Shown piece after piece: positions 55,979 through 64,000 of a stretch of 64,000 nt of DNA (position 1 is the first letter of the stretch; each line of letters opens with the position of its first letter). The stretch comes from a virus (taxonomy: Duplodnaviria > Caudoviricetes). The position numbers were made by a program, and so were the translations under genes. The notes below the pieces were generated by a model that worked only from the letters and a program-made list of their open reading frames with translations, was not told the DNA's origin and did not search any database. The DNA lies in the IMG/VR virus record IMGVR_UViG_3300037067_003221, positions 83,031 through 147,030 of that record, one strand, 5' to 3'.

Positions 55979-56863
55979 TTAACGCCGTGTTGGAATACCC
56001 AATTTGGCTGGGTCTTTACGACGCATTTCCATATACTGTTCGGTTGACAACTTACCTGGGTCAATCGTTCCTGAGCGATTTCCGCCAGGGGCCGTACCCG
56101 CACCAATGCCACTCACGACATTAGAACTAAATAGTCCGCCGTACTCAGGCAACTCTTTCATACGCTTCACAGCATCCTCTGGGGTACGTCGCGTAACAAT
56201 CGTTTCCCCGGTCTTTGCATCCACGTCAGTTAGATCGACGATTGTGGTCCACTCTCCGGTGCCACGTCCTTGGTCGTCAGTCTTTTCCACGACCTTTGAC
56301 ATTGTTTTCAAAAGAGTCGTCAAGACGTTTGGATTGTGAGCATCATGCTTCACGGCTGCGTCCTGCAATTTTTGTTCGAGCATCGTATTCTTGAACAAGG
56401 TTTCCCAATGTTGAGCAGAATCTTTATAAGAAACTAGTTCCTTGGAATATTTTTCTTCCAATTGTTTCCGCTCATGTTCCAATTGCTGTTCCTTGGAACG
56501 GAAGGTTTTTTGCAAGTCCTCCAACTTTTCCTCTAACTGAACACGTTGTTCTTGAGTTAGATTTTGATTGGTTAGTGCTTCTTTATACGCACCTTCCAAT
56601 TGCTGATATTTTTGTGTCGTCTTACGCCGTTCATCGGCTAAGAACTTATTCACTTCATCTTGAGTGAAAATCTTCACACCTTTGCGGCCCGCATTTGGGT
56701 CGCCACCACCATTGGCAACAGGTTCACCGCCTGCGTTTGGGTCGCCATGAATATTGGCAGAACCACCGGCACCAGCGTTGGGGTCGATATTCTCAAGACC
56801 AAAACCATCGCCTTCACCATCAAACATAGCCACAGAACTTTGTAAAACGTAATTCATCAACAT
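55979..56863 (-). CDS. capsid scaffolding protein
   Basis: FTQDEVN, coiled coil, C-terminal LSTEQYMEMR; directly upstream of MCP. Confidence 0.8.
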   Translation of the reverse strand: MLMNYVLQSSVAMFDGEGDGFGLENIDPNAGAGGSANIHGDPNAGGEPVANGGGDPNAGRKGVKIFTQDEVNKFLADERRKTTQKYQQLEGAYKEALTNQNLTQEQRVQLEEKLEDLQKTFRSKEQQLEHERKQLEEKYSKELVSYKDSAQHWETLFKNTMLEQKLQDAAVKHDAHNPNVLTTLLKTMSKVVEKTDDQGRGTGEWTTIVDLTDVDAKTGETIVTRRTPEDAVKRMKELPEYGGLFSSNVVSGIGAGTAPGGNRSGTIDPGKLSTEQYMEMRRKDPAKLGIPTRR

Positions 56864-56950
56864 TCTCAATCTCCTAATTGTCCCTACAATGTTTTGCACC
56901 TGAATCTGTCGTAGGTTTCCAGAGGCGCATCCTTAGTCGCGGACCAAGTA

Positions 56951-57469
56951 TTATACACGCGAAATTTTCACTATTCGACTAAATGTTAGATAAGGTTTTA
57001 ACATTCGCCAAGCTAGTGAACTTGCAATTCCATTTGACAAGTGTTCGATAGGGGCCGATAGTCGATCAAAACTATTTTTAACGCCAGCAAAAGATGTGCT
57101 GGTTAAACCTAAGTTTTCAATCTCCATTTCAGGGTCCACGCCATCGAGTAATGAAAAGGCTATTTCATAACACGCTTGTTCAATTTCTATTGGCACGGTA
57201 GTATCACCATCCCGTGGAAATTCAAGTTCCTGTGTTAAATTAGCAATTCGTATATCATCGTCAGTTACGTCATTCGGGTCTGTAACTGCTAGATATAAAT
57301 TATATGCCGGGGTTTTATTTCCTTTGAAGTTAAGTCGATCTATACTTCTAGTCGCGGTGTACAAGGCTTTTGCCTTGTCAACAGCAGAGGATAAATCCCA
57401 GGCTTCTGAATGCAAGCGGGTTGTAAAATAAGCATCCCCACCTACAACACTACCATACATACTTGCCAT
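56951..57469 (-). CDS. head-tail connector (DnaT-like/adaptor)
   Basis: AYF..R...W..KAKAL..AT..ID...F.G; QELEFPR; VP.EI..AC.E.A; LKPY. Confidence 0.75.
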   Translation of the reverse strand: MASMYGSVVGGDAYFTTRLHSEAWDLSSAVDKAKALYTATRSIDRLNFKGNKTPAYNLYLAVTDPNDVTDDDIRIANLTQELEFPRDGDTTVPIEIEQACYEIAFSLLDGVDPEMEIENLGLTSTSFAGVKNSFDRLSAPIEHLSNGIASSLAWRMLKPYLTFSRIVKISRV

Positions 57470-57471
57470 AA

Positions 57472-59322
57472 TTATTTCCCCTCTCCTCGGACAGCCTTCT
57501 TACCATCTGATTGGACGGCGGCATCCTGTGATAGTGCCTTCTCATTAGCAGCCGCATTCGGGTCAACTGCCATATCTTTCACACCCCTGGCAGCGGGGTT
57601 ATCTAAGGCTGCTCCATCAGCATCTTGTGCGGCGGCTCCTGCACCCGCACCCTTTTGTTGGGCTTGTGCAATCCGCATAATTCTAGCAAGATTATCTTCG
57701 CGGGCTTTTAGGTATTCATCATCATTGAACCCAAGAGCCATTGAAGCTGTCTGATCGCTACAACTACCTTGTGCTTGTGCAGCCAAGATTGTTTCTGGTA
57801 CACTAGTCGTATAAGGTGCTTGGTCGATCTCGTCGTTGATTGTTTCTAAAGTATCAACAGAAACTTTCCCGGTAAACAGTGAAGTCACAATGCACTTCGC
57901 TAGCTCGCGCTTCACAGTTTGACCGGGGACGGAATACATAAGTTCGCTTAATTTCTTAGCTTCATCAATTCGTGAAACATCTGATTTTAAGCTATATCTA
58001 TCTGGATATTTAATAACGGGAACTTGTCGCCGTATTGGATTTTTCTCTTCATAGGATGCCCAGTGTTCAGCGATTTTTCGTTCGCTATTTTCTAGTATCA
58101 ATCCAATGAATGATAATCCAGCTTCCAGACCTTGATTATCCATATCCTTTGCTTCTGCGGATATAGATCGACCAGTCTTATTAGCTACTGCTAAATTGAC
58201 TAGTTTTCGTATGTCATCTTCCAGTTTTTCTTGAAGTTTTAGGGATGCGACCAATGGTTCAGAGGACGGACTGATAAACTCAGGCCGGTCCATGCCCATG
58301 CCATACGCAATACCCTGTGCTGCACTAACTTGTAATTCCGTAGGGCCGGAAGCATTCCCAGCCGCCCCGGTCGTGCTACCGGACATACCATCATGTTTTA
58401 GATGGCTTCCAAATGCCTTCAAATCTCGTTGTTCAGTGTAGAACGGGAAGTTTGCTTTCAAAGCATACGCCACGTCGCTAGAACCTAGATTTAATAAAGC
58501 AATTTGATGTTTGCAAACATCTTTCAAGACGCTATCACCAATGTCCATTAGAACAAATGGTATGCGAGTAAGTTGTAGTTCAATTGGATATGGTCCAACT
58601 GTTAAATTGTTATGCGAGTCAGTTGGGTCTCCATTTGAATTATAAAACTGTACGTTTACTCGCCCAGTATTTGGATTGATATAAACCAATCGATACCGTT
58701 CATAACTGCCCGATGGGAGTGAAATCGGGAGATTAAATCCCATGTCACCTACACTATTATAATCTACACATTGATCGCGTAGAAGAATAGCTTGGTAATC
58801 AGATTCCGCATCAGGTAAAGAAGAGGACCAAGATAAAATATCTTCGACACTGTACATATATAAATATGGTCGTGCGCCTTGGACTTCTGCTAACGTAGTA
58901 GCATTCAATTCTGGCATATCAATATAAATGCCAACTTTACCCATCACAAGAAGTTCTGTTAATGCCTGATAGCCCATAAAGGCCGTCATATTAGAACCTC
59001 GCATATCTACACCGCCCAACGCGCCTTCAACGGCGTTGAGATAATTTTTACTTCCACCCTTTCTTAACACGTCTCGCATACGTTGGAAAATTGAATTTCG
59101 TATGTCATTGACGGCTGCTTTTGCAAAAGAAGGAACCGGAGTAATTGACCGACGCAGGTTAAAATCTACTACAGTTTCTCGCATAGAAAACTGTTTCAGA
59201 TTTTGCATTGTATAATCATCCCCACCGGCATACGTCAATCGCCATTCATCCCAGTAGGTCATATCGGCCCAATAATTTGGATGCCGAATATTGATTAGCA
59301 AATTTTTATTATCTTGTGCCAT
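57472..59322 (-). CDS. portal protein
   Basis: Directly after terminase; HPNY..W...Y.GG, IPFV, SAEAK motifs. Confidence 0.82.
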   Translation of the reverse strand: MAQDNKNLLINIRHPNYWADMTYWDEWRLTYAGGDDYTMQNLKQFSMRETVVDFNLRRSITPVPSFAKAAVNDIRNSIFQRMRDVLRKGGSKNYLNAVEGALGGVDMRGSNMTAFMGYQALTELLVMGKVGIYIDMPELNATTLAEVQGARPYLYMYSVEDILSWSSSLPDAESDYQAILLRDQCVDYNSVGDMGFNLPISLPSGSYERYRLVYINPNTGRVNVQFYNSNGDPTDSHNNLTVGPYPIELQLTRIPFVLMDIGDSVLKDVCKHQIALLNLGSSDVAYALKANFPFYTEQRDLKAFGSHLKHDGMSGSTTGAAGNASGPTELQVSAAQGIAYGMGMDRPEFISPSSEPLVASLKLQEKLEDDIRKLVNLAVANKTGRSISAEAKDMDNQGLEAGLSFIGLILENSERKIAEHWASYEEKNPIRRQVPVIKYPDRYSLKSDVSRIDEAKKLSELMYSVPGQTVKRELAKCIVTSLFTGKVSVDTLETINDEIDQAPYTTSVPETILAAQAQGSCSDQTASMALGFNDDEYLKAREDNLARIMRIAQAQQKGAGAGAAAQDADGAALDNPAARGVKDMAVDPNAAANEKALSQDAAVQSDGKKAVRGEGK

Positions 59323-60986
59323 TATAGAAATGCTCCTATCGGTCTGTTAGTTGCACAGGATGCAGCCAACGGTAAAGCTATCTCAGCGTAGTTCAAAGCA
59401 TGGCCGTAGTGGTCTGCACCAGTCTCTACGTATCGTGCTTGTTGATTGCCGTATGTATCTTTAATATACGTGCGAACAAATGCCTTTATATGTTCTTTGA
59501 ACTCGTCTCCCGTATCTTTGGGGATAGCAATACGCCTGGAATTAAAGCGTCCTAAAGACGCATCTAACCAATTTGTCCGATCAACAGTGGCCATAGGTGC
59601 GCCATCTTCATCGGATATGGAAATTTCTTTTCCGGTCACGCCACTTCTATATCGACATAGGGTTACGAACCCTGGAAATCGTCTCGCAAATCGTCGAGCG
59701 TCGTTTGTAAATGGGTCAGCATCGATAACACAATGGGATACCTGCCACTCCCGCATCAACATATCTAATCGCTCAAATTCTGACCCTAAAATAGTTCCGT
59801 GCCATAATATCTTGCCAAAGGCTGAGACATTGATATCGTGGTCAAACTTATCCGGGGAGAACTCCATGATGACGACGTTGCATCTTTTACCAACATCGAC
59901 ACCCATTACAATGGGTTTTGATTCACTATATAAAGCTGGAACCAATTCGCCGTTGCAATAGTTTGCAAGACAATTCTCAATCATAGCGTCTGTTACTTGT
60001 GCGCCTTCTCCAATATAGGGTTGACCTAATTTAGAATTGTGAAACTCGGTCGCAGCACCTTCGTCGCATTCGCCGCGAAAGAAGGCTTGTACAAGTTCGC
60101 CAGGATTGACTGTAAATGAGTATAGCTGACTGACGTGAAAACTGCGGTGATCTGGGTTATTGTCGTGATTTGTCACTACCCAATGTCCACTTCGCAGGAA
60201 CTCAGGTTTTTCTGCCTGTTCTAATCTATGGCCACATTCCTTACATTTTAGGAATGATTCCATACATTTCGGGTCGGTCACACTCTCGCCGCGTATTTCA
60301 ATGCAATCCGGCCATGTAAGCATTGTTTCCCTGCCGCAGTGTGGGCAGTTAAACATCCATTGCTCTTGAGTACCTTGTAGGTATAAAGCATGTATGCCAA
60401 ATTTAGGGATTGTCGGGGTCGAAATGGACCAGATATTTTTTTCAACCTGACCACTAAGACGCTCATACGCTAACCAAATTTGTTTGTCGTCCATTTCGTC
60501 CAATTCATCGAGAATCATTGTCGATGCTGGACAGGACTTTAAGTTGATGTTTCCTCTTGAACCGCGAATGTACAGACTCACTGACCCGGCGATTTTTAAC
60601 CGATCAGTATTAGTCTTAGTGAAAATGGACGCGATATATGGGCTAAGTGAAAGTGCCCCACTAAATCGTGTCTTACTAAAATCCGAAGCAGCAATAGCTG
60701 TCGGCAATACATATAGCACATCGCGTTTCAAAATATCAATCGTATATAAGGCTCGATTGATGGCGGCTTCTGTTAAGCCTGTCTGCGCACCCTTCATAAC
60801 TGAATTGAAGGAAGTTTGGGAATCCGATACGTCTCTTGCCCAAGGATGGTACTTGAAAGTGTATGGACCTGGAAACGGTGCGCCCATGATTCTACGGTGT
60901 TCTGCCCATCGTGAACAGCTAGTCAACGTATTGCTCTTTAGGCCAGCGGCCAGAGCGCGTCTAAATTCTTGTGCTAAACTGTTCAT
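59322..60986 (-). CDS. terminase large subunit (GpA-type)
   Basis: KGAQTGLTE, LDELDEM, STPT, CPHC, GVDVG, DHYGHA. Confidence 0.9.
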   Translation of the reverse strand: MNSLAQEFRRALAAGLKSNTLTSCSRWAEHRRIMGAPFPGPYTFKYHPWARDVSDSQTSFNSVMKGAQTGLTEAAINRALYTIDILKRDVLYVLPTAIAASDFSKTRFSGALSLSPYIASIFTKTNTDRLKIAGSVSLYIRGSRGNINLKSCPASTMILDELDEMDDKQIWLAYERLSGQVEKNIWSISTPTIPKFGIHALYLQGTQEQWMFNCPHCGRETMLTWPDCIEIRGESVTDPKCMESFLKCKECGHRLEQAEKPEFLRSGHWVVTNHDNNPDHRSFHVSQLYSFTVNPGELVQAFFRGECDEGAATEFHNSKLGQPYIGEGAQVTDAMIENCLANYCNGELVPALYSESKPIVMGVDVGKRCNVVIMEFSPDKFDHDINVSAFGKILWHGTILGSEFERLDMLMREWQVSHCVIDADPFTNDARRFARRFPGFVTLCRYRSGVTGKEISISDEDGAPMATVDRTNWLDASLGRFNSRRIAIPKDTGDEFKEHIKAFVRTYIKDTYGNQQARYVETGADHYGHALNYAEIALPLAASCATNRPIGAFL

Positions 60987-60998
60987 AATGGTATCCAA

Positions 60999-61481
60999 TT
61001 ACATTGAGGCTGAATTTTTTGAGTCCAGTTTGCGTTGTTTCTTCTTTGCTTCAACTGGTGCAGCCTCTTGTTCATTTAATGCACTTAACTTCTCACAACC
61101 CTTTTCTGGGATGTTGACTGTTTCTTCAAATGTCATTGGAAGAGCAGGAACTTCATCTTGTGGTTCAATCTCAGGTTCAGGTTCAAGTTTAAGTTCAGGC
61201 TTTGGTGCCAACTCTGCCCTGAGTAATTCAATGTCGTGTAACTCAGGGTCAAATTTTCGCCACAAGCCGTCATGTTCCTTAAATGATAAACCCCAAGAGT
61301 TAATCATTTGTTTCCCGGCTGAGTAGGCATCAACCACAATAAGAATTGTGTCGTCATCAACTGAAATTGACTTATGGACGAGCGGACTCATTGTACATTT
61401 GATTGTTTTTTCGAGACTAGAAATCTCAACATTGAGTGATGCTGCACCGAGCGAAGAGGGTAATTGGATATTTTTCATCAT
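60999..61481 (-). CDS. hypothetical protein
   Basis: ORF upstream of terminase; Pro/Glu-rich C-terminal half. Confidence 0.55.
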   Translation of the reverse strand: MMKNIQLPSSLGAASLNVEISSLEKTIKCTMSPLVHKSISVDDDTILIVVDAYSAGKQMINSWGLSFKEHDGLWRKFDPELHDIELLRAELAPKPELKLEPEPEIEPQDEVPALPMTFEETVNIPEKGCEKLSALNEQEAAPVEAKKKQRKLDSKNSASM

Positions 61482-61487
61482 TGTTCC

Positions 61488-61769
61488 TTATAAAAGTAGA
61501 AGCAGGCTTAAAAGTAGTTTTAATACTTCTGGCCAATTTTCTTTGAACCAGATTACTAACTTTTGCCAGAAGGATTGTAAGTCGCCCTTAAAGGCATTTT
61601 CCTTGACATGTTTTTCAAGTTCTTCCATGAGATTTATTCGTTGCCCATCCTTTGTAGTTCGACGTGGGCATTTACAGGCATCCATTAGAGTCGTATAATC
61701 TTGTAAGGATAATAACCCCTCAGCCATACTCTCTTGTAGTGCTTGTCGGTATAATCTTTGAAATCGCAT
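61488..61769 (-). CDS. hypothetical protein with C-terminal amphipathic/hydrophobic tail
   Basis: W..L..WFKENW..VLKLLLSLLLLL. Confidence 0.6.
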   Translation of the reverse strand: MRFQRLYRQALQESMAEGLLSLQDYTTLMDACKCPRRTTKDGQRINLMEELEKHVKENAFKGDLQSFWQKLVIWFKENWPEVLKLLLSLLLLL

Positions 61770-61772
61770 AAT

Positions 61773-62042
61773 TCACCATATAATATAGTCAGGGTTTTTA
61801 CGAGACATAGAGGCTCGTACTTGTTCTTCTGTAAACCTACCAGTAAATCGTTTGATTTCCTTGTCACCATTTAGAATGACAAGGGTTGGTAGGGATATTA
61901 CGCCGTATTGTTTTTCTTTCTCTTTGGAATCGTCAACATCTACCTTTTCAATATCATAGCCATCCTTTTGTAATTTGACTACAATTGGTGCGATAGTACG
62001 GCAAACGGAACACCACTTAGCTGTAAAATATAGTGCGTTCAT
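61773..62042 (-). CDS. thioredoxin
   Basis: FTAKWCSVC, VDVD, YGVISLPT. Confidence 0.85.
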   Translation of the reverse strand: MNALYFTAKWCSVCRTIAPIVVKLQKDGYDIEKVDVDDSKEKEKQYGVISLPTLVILNGDKEIKRFTGRFTEEQVRASMSRKNPDYIIW

Positions 62043-62044
62043 TA

Positions 62045-62305
62045 TTACACCTTGTACAGTGACGAAAGAGCAGCACGTAACTCAGCCTCGGTAAAAGTTT
62101 TAATTAGGCGTTGAACTTCATTGTCTGCCCAATCTTTAACAATCAGTGTCGGTACAACCTTGACATTATTTTGTCGTGCCTTATCAGCATAACGAGCAAT
62201 ATCAAACATTGTAATATTGACACCTTCTTTCTTCAATCGCAATACAATTGGAGTTGTTAATTTACATGCAGGCGAGACAATCGAGAAAAAATAAATAGCT
62301 TTCAT
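62045..62305 (-). CDS. thioredoxin-like protein (SxxC monothiol)
   Basis: YFFSIVSPACK, NVKVVPT; paralog of 61773..62042. Confidence 0.75.
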   Translation of the reverse strand: MKAIYFFSIVSPACKLTTPIVLRLKKEGVNITMFDIARYADKARQNNVKVVPTLIVKDWADNEVQRLIKTFTEAELRAALSSLYKV

Positions 62306-62541
62306 TGTTTTTTCCTAAATTTCTTAAATAAATCCCGAAGTCGAAATTTTGTAGTGCCAACCATATCATAGTCGGGAATCATATTTATTGGTTTTGTAGG
62401 GTCTTTCGTTTTATCGTTGACCTTCTTGGCAATATCTAAGACTTCATCAATTTCTTTATGCCAATCAATTGGTTTCTTTGTCATCCATGCAAGCAACAAA
62501 GTTCTTAACCAGACAACAAAGACTCTCCATATTGAAAACAT
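62302..62541 (-). CDS. hypothetical protein
   Basis: RBS GAGGA; ATGA overlap with next gene. Confidence 0.55.
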   Translation of the reverse strand: MFSIWRVFVVWLRTLLLAWMTKKPIDWHKEIDEVLDIAKKVNDKTKDPTKPINMIPDYDMVGTTKFRLRDLFKKFRKKQ

Positions 62542-62552
62542 AATGATTCCTC

Positions 62553-63557
62553 TTAGAATATATCGTAATCTAGTTTTGGATATCCAGCATACGCACTAAT
62601 TGCGACCGTATCCATTTGTTTGGCCATTCGGTCGATAACACTCGCATCTGCCCAGAAACTTCCGTCAGGCTGTCCAAGTCTCTTAGGACCGGACACCCAA
62701 CTGATTGGCCATGAGTTCTGAATGAGGCACCCTGGACGTTTAGGGCTATCATCTACACCAACGATGCACATGCAGTGATTCCACTCTCCTCGCGGAGCTA
62801 GAAAACCTTCTTGATCTCGCTTGGTTGTAAAACCTTGGTTAGAGCAAATAGGCACTGGATAACCATTATAAATACAGTCACGTATTTCTTCATACGTTGT
62901 CACAACAGCAGCACTTCCTACAGGATGTAGTTTGCAGAGAAGTTGCAACTCTTTTGGTAGGCCAGTACGACCTAATTGGTCGGCCTTCGCCCCACTGTAT
63001 TTAGTAAAATCATAGTTCAAATACTTCTGACGAAGTAAAATACCGTATTCCTTTACAAATTCGCCGGTATGTAAACCAATCGCACCCGCACCGGGGATAC
63101 GCATCTTGTATCTGCCCTGGCTGATTTGGATACGACTACCACCGTAGATGGCTTCTGTAGCGGATTCAGCTACCCAGCGTTGCGGCGAGTTTCGTTTAAC
63201 AATTTGAATTGCTGTTAGCAAGTCAACGCCCAATCCAAAACCGTGACTGACACAATCGCCAGTGTCTTGGATATGGGATATAAAAGTGTGATTTTGTAGT
63301 TTTTCAAGGAAGGGGAAGAGTAAGGATGTTTTACCTGCGCCTGTGCCACGAATTTCTTCGTCGAATTTATTTAGGTATGGGTTGTCATTTTCATCCATCC
63401 AGATTTCACGGGCGGCTGGGTCATTTACCCAGCCCATATAAATTGGATGACTAGCTTCAATCTCTTGTGCCAGTGCGCGAATCGGGGTAAAAAATCTTGC
63501 CCCTACAATACCAAGCCCTGCTAATGAGGCTAATTTAAGAAACTCTCGCCTATCCAT
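62553..63557 (-). CDS. Tat-exported papain-like (C1) cysteine peptidase
   Basis: MDRREFLK twin-arginine signal; QDTGDCVS catalytic Cys, WNHCM His, QNSW Asn. Confidence 0.85.
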   Translation of the reverse strand: MDRREFLKLASLAGLGIVGARFFTPIRALAQEIEASHPIYMGWVNDPAAREIWMDENDNPYLNKFDEEIRGTGAGKTSLLFPFLEKLQNHTFISHIQDTGDCVSHGFGLGVDLLTAIQIVKRNSPQRWVAESATEAIYGGSRIQISQGRYKMRIPGAGAIGLHTGEFVKEYGILLRQKYLNYDFTKYSGAKADQLGRTGLPKELQLLCKLHPVGSAAVVTTYEEIRDCIYNGYPVPICSNQGFTTKRDQEGFLAPRGEWNHCMCIVGVDDSPKRPGCLIQNSWPISWVSGPKRLGQPDGSFWADASVIDRMAKQMDTVAISAYAGYPKLDYDIF

Positions 63558-63568
63558 GATATATCCCT

Positions 63569-64000
63569 TTACTTCGCTACAAGTTTTAGTCCTTCGCTAA
63601 TTTGTTTCCACATGGTAGCGTGTTGGTCTGCCGTAACCAGTAGGCCAGCTTGCGCTTGATTCTTCATTTCAGTCTGCAAACCTGTTAGGAATGGAAGCCA
63701 ATTATTGATATTGTTTCCAAGGGCGGTTTGATTAGCGGTCTTTTGAGCCGCAATGATTTGGTCAGCAGTCGTCAAGGTGCCAGCGTTAATTTGTGCAACA
63801 GTAGCGTCAAAGCCTGCGGCTAATGCCAAGGCTTCGGCTTTCTTATTTGCACTATTTACTGGGGTTGCTAGTTCTGTAACTCTTCCAATGAATCCACCTG
63901 GATTAGGAGGAATTGGTCCGGGTCCGGGAGGAACAACACCGTCACTAGTTACCTTAACGATAAAATATTTCAAATCCTGTTCGTTATCATTTAGATCGGA
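63569..64000 (-). CDS. hypothetical protein, 5'-truncated by window edge
   Basis: Frame open to 64000; PPGPGPIPPNP linker + helical domain. Confidence 0.65.
   Translation of the reverse strand, partial: SDLNDNEQDLKYFIVKVTSDGVVPPGPGPIPPNPGGFIGRVTELATPVNSANKKAEALALAAGFDATVAQINAGTLTTADQIIAAQKTANQTALGNNINNWLPFLTGLQTEMKNQAQAGLLVTADQHATMWKQISEGLKLVAK

Noticed and set aside
1-64000. Stop-codon reassignment
   Set aside because: Standard code gives dense, intact, tightly coupled genes, and no suppressor tRNA was seen

Overview
A 64-kb segment of a large tailed dsDNA phage, probably a siphovirus. It has a long tape measure protein and no sheath gene was seen; a Planctomycetota-like host is only a weak inference. 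Almost all genes are on the minus strand. The right arm (38.3-64 kb) holds a Tat-signal papain-like peptidase, two thioredoxins, a GpA-type terminase, portal, scaffold, P22-like capsid, tail tube, frameshifted tail chaperone, tape measure and tail-tip genes. A short plus-strand operon (33.4-38.3 kb) encodes a primase-helicase, a DUF5664-type dNTP diphosphohydrolase and two DnaQ exonucleases. It is separated from the left arm by a ~380-bp nested palindrome. The left arm (0-33 kb) carries replication and accessory genes: ParB, SNF2 helicase, PolA, DNA and RNA ligases, a sigma-like factor, a DNA MTase, a BCS1-like AAA ATPase, DeoC, two nucleoside deoxyribosyltransferases and three tRNAs. The best candidate for a new system is a phage-encoded protein N-glycosylation pathway. 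An HMW1C/NGT-type GT41 glycosyltransferase overlaps an NDP-sugar C-methyltransferase gene, and tail and surface proteins appear enriched in N-X-S/T sequons, suggesting a glycan-shielded virion. All family assignments are from motif recognition by eye; no database searches were run.
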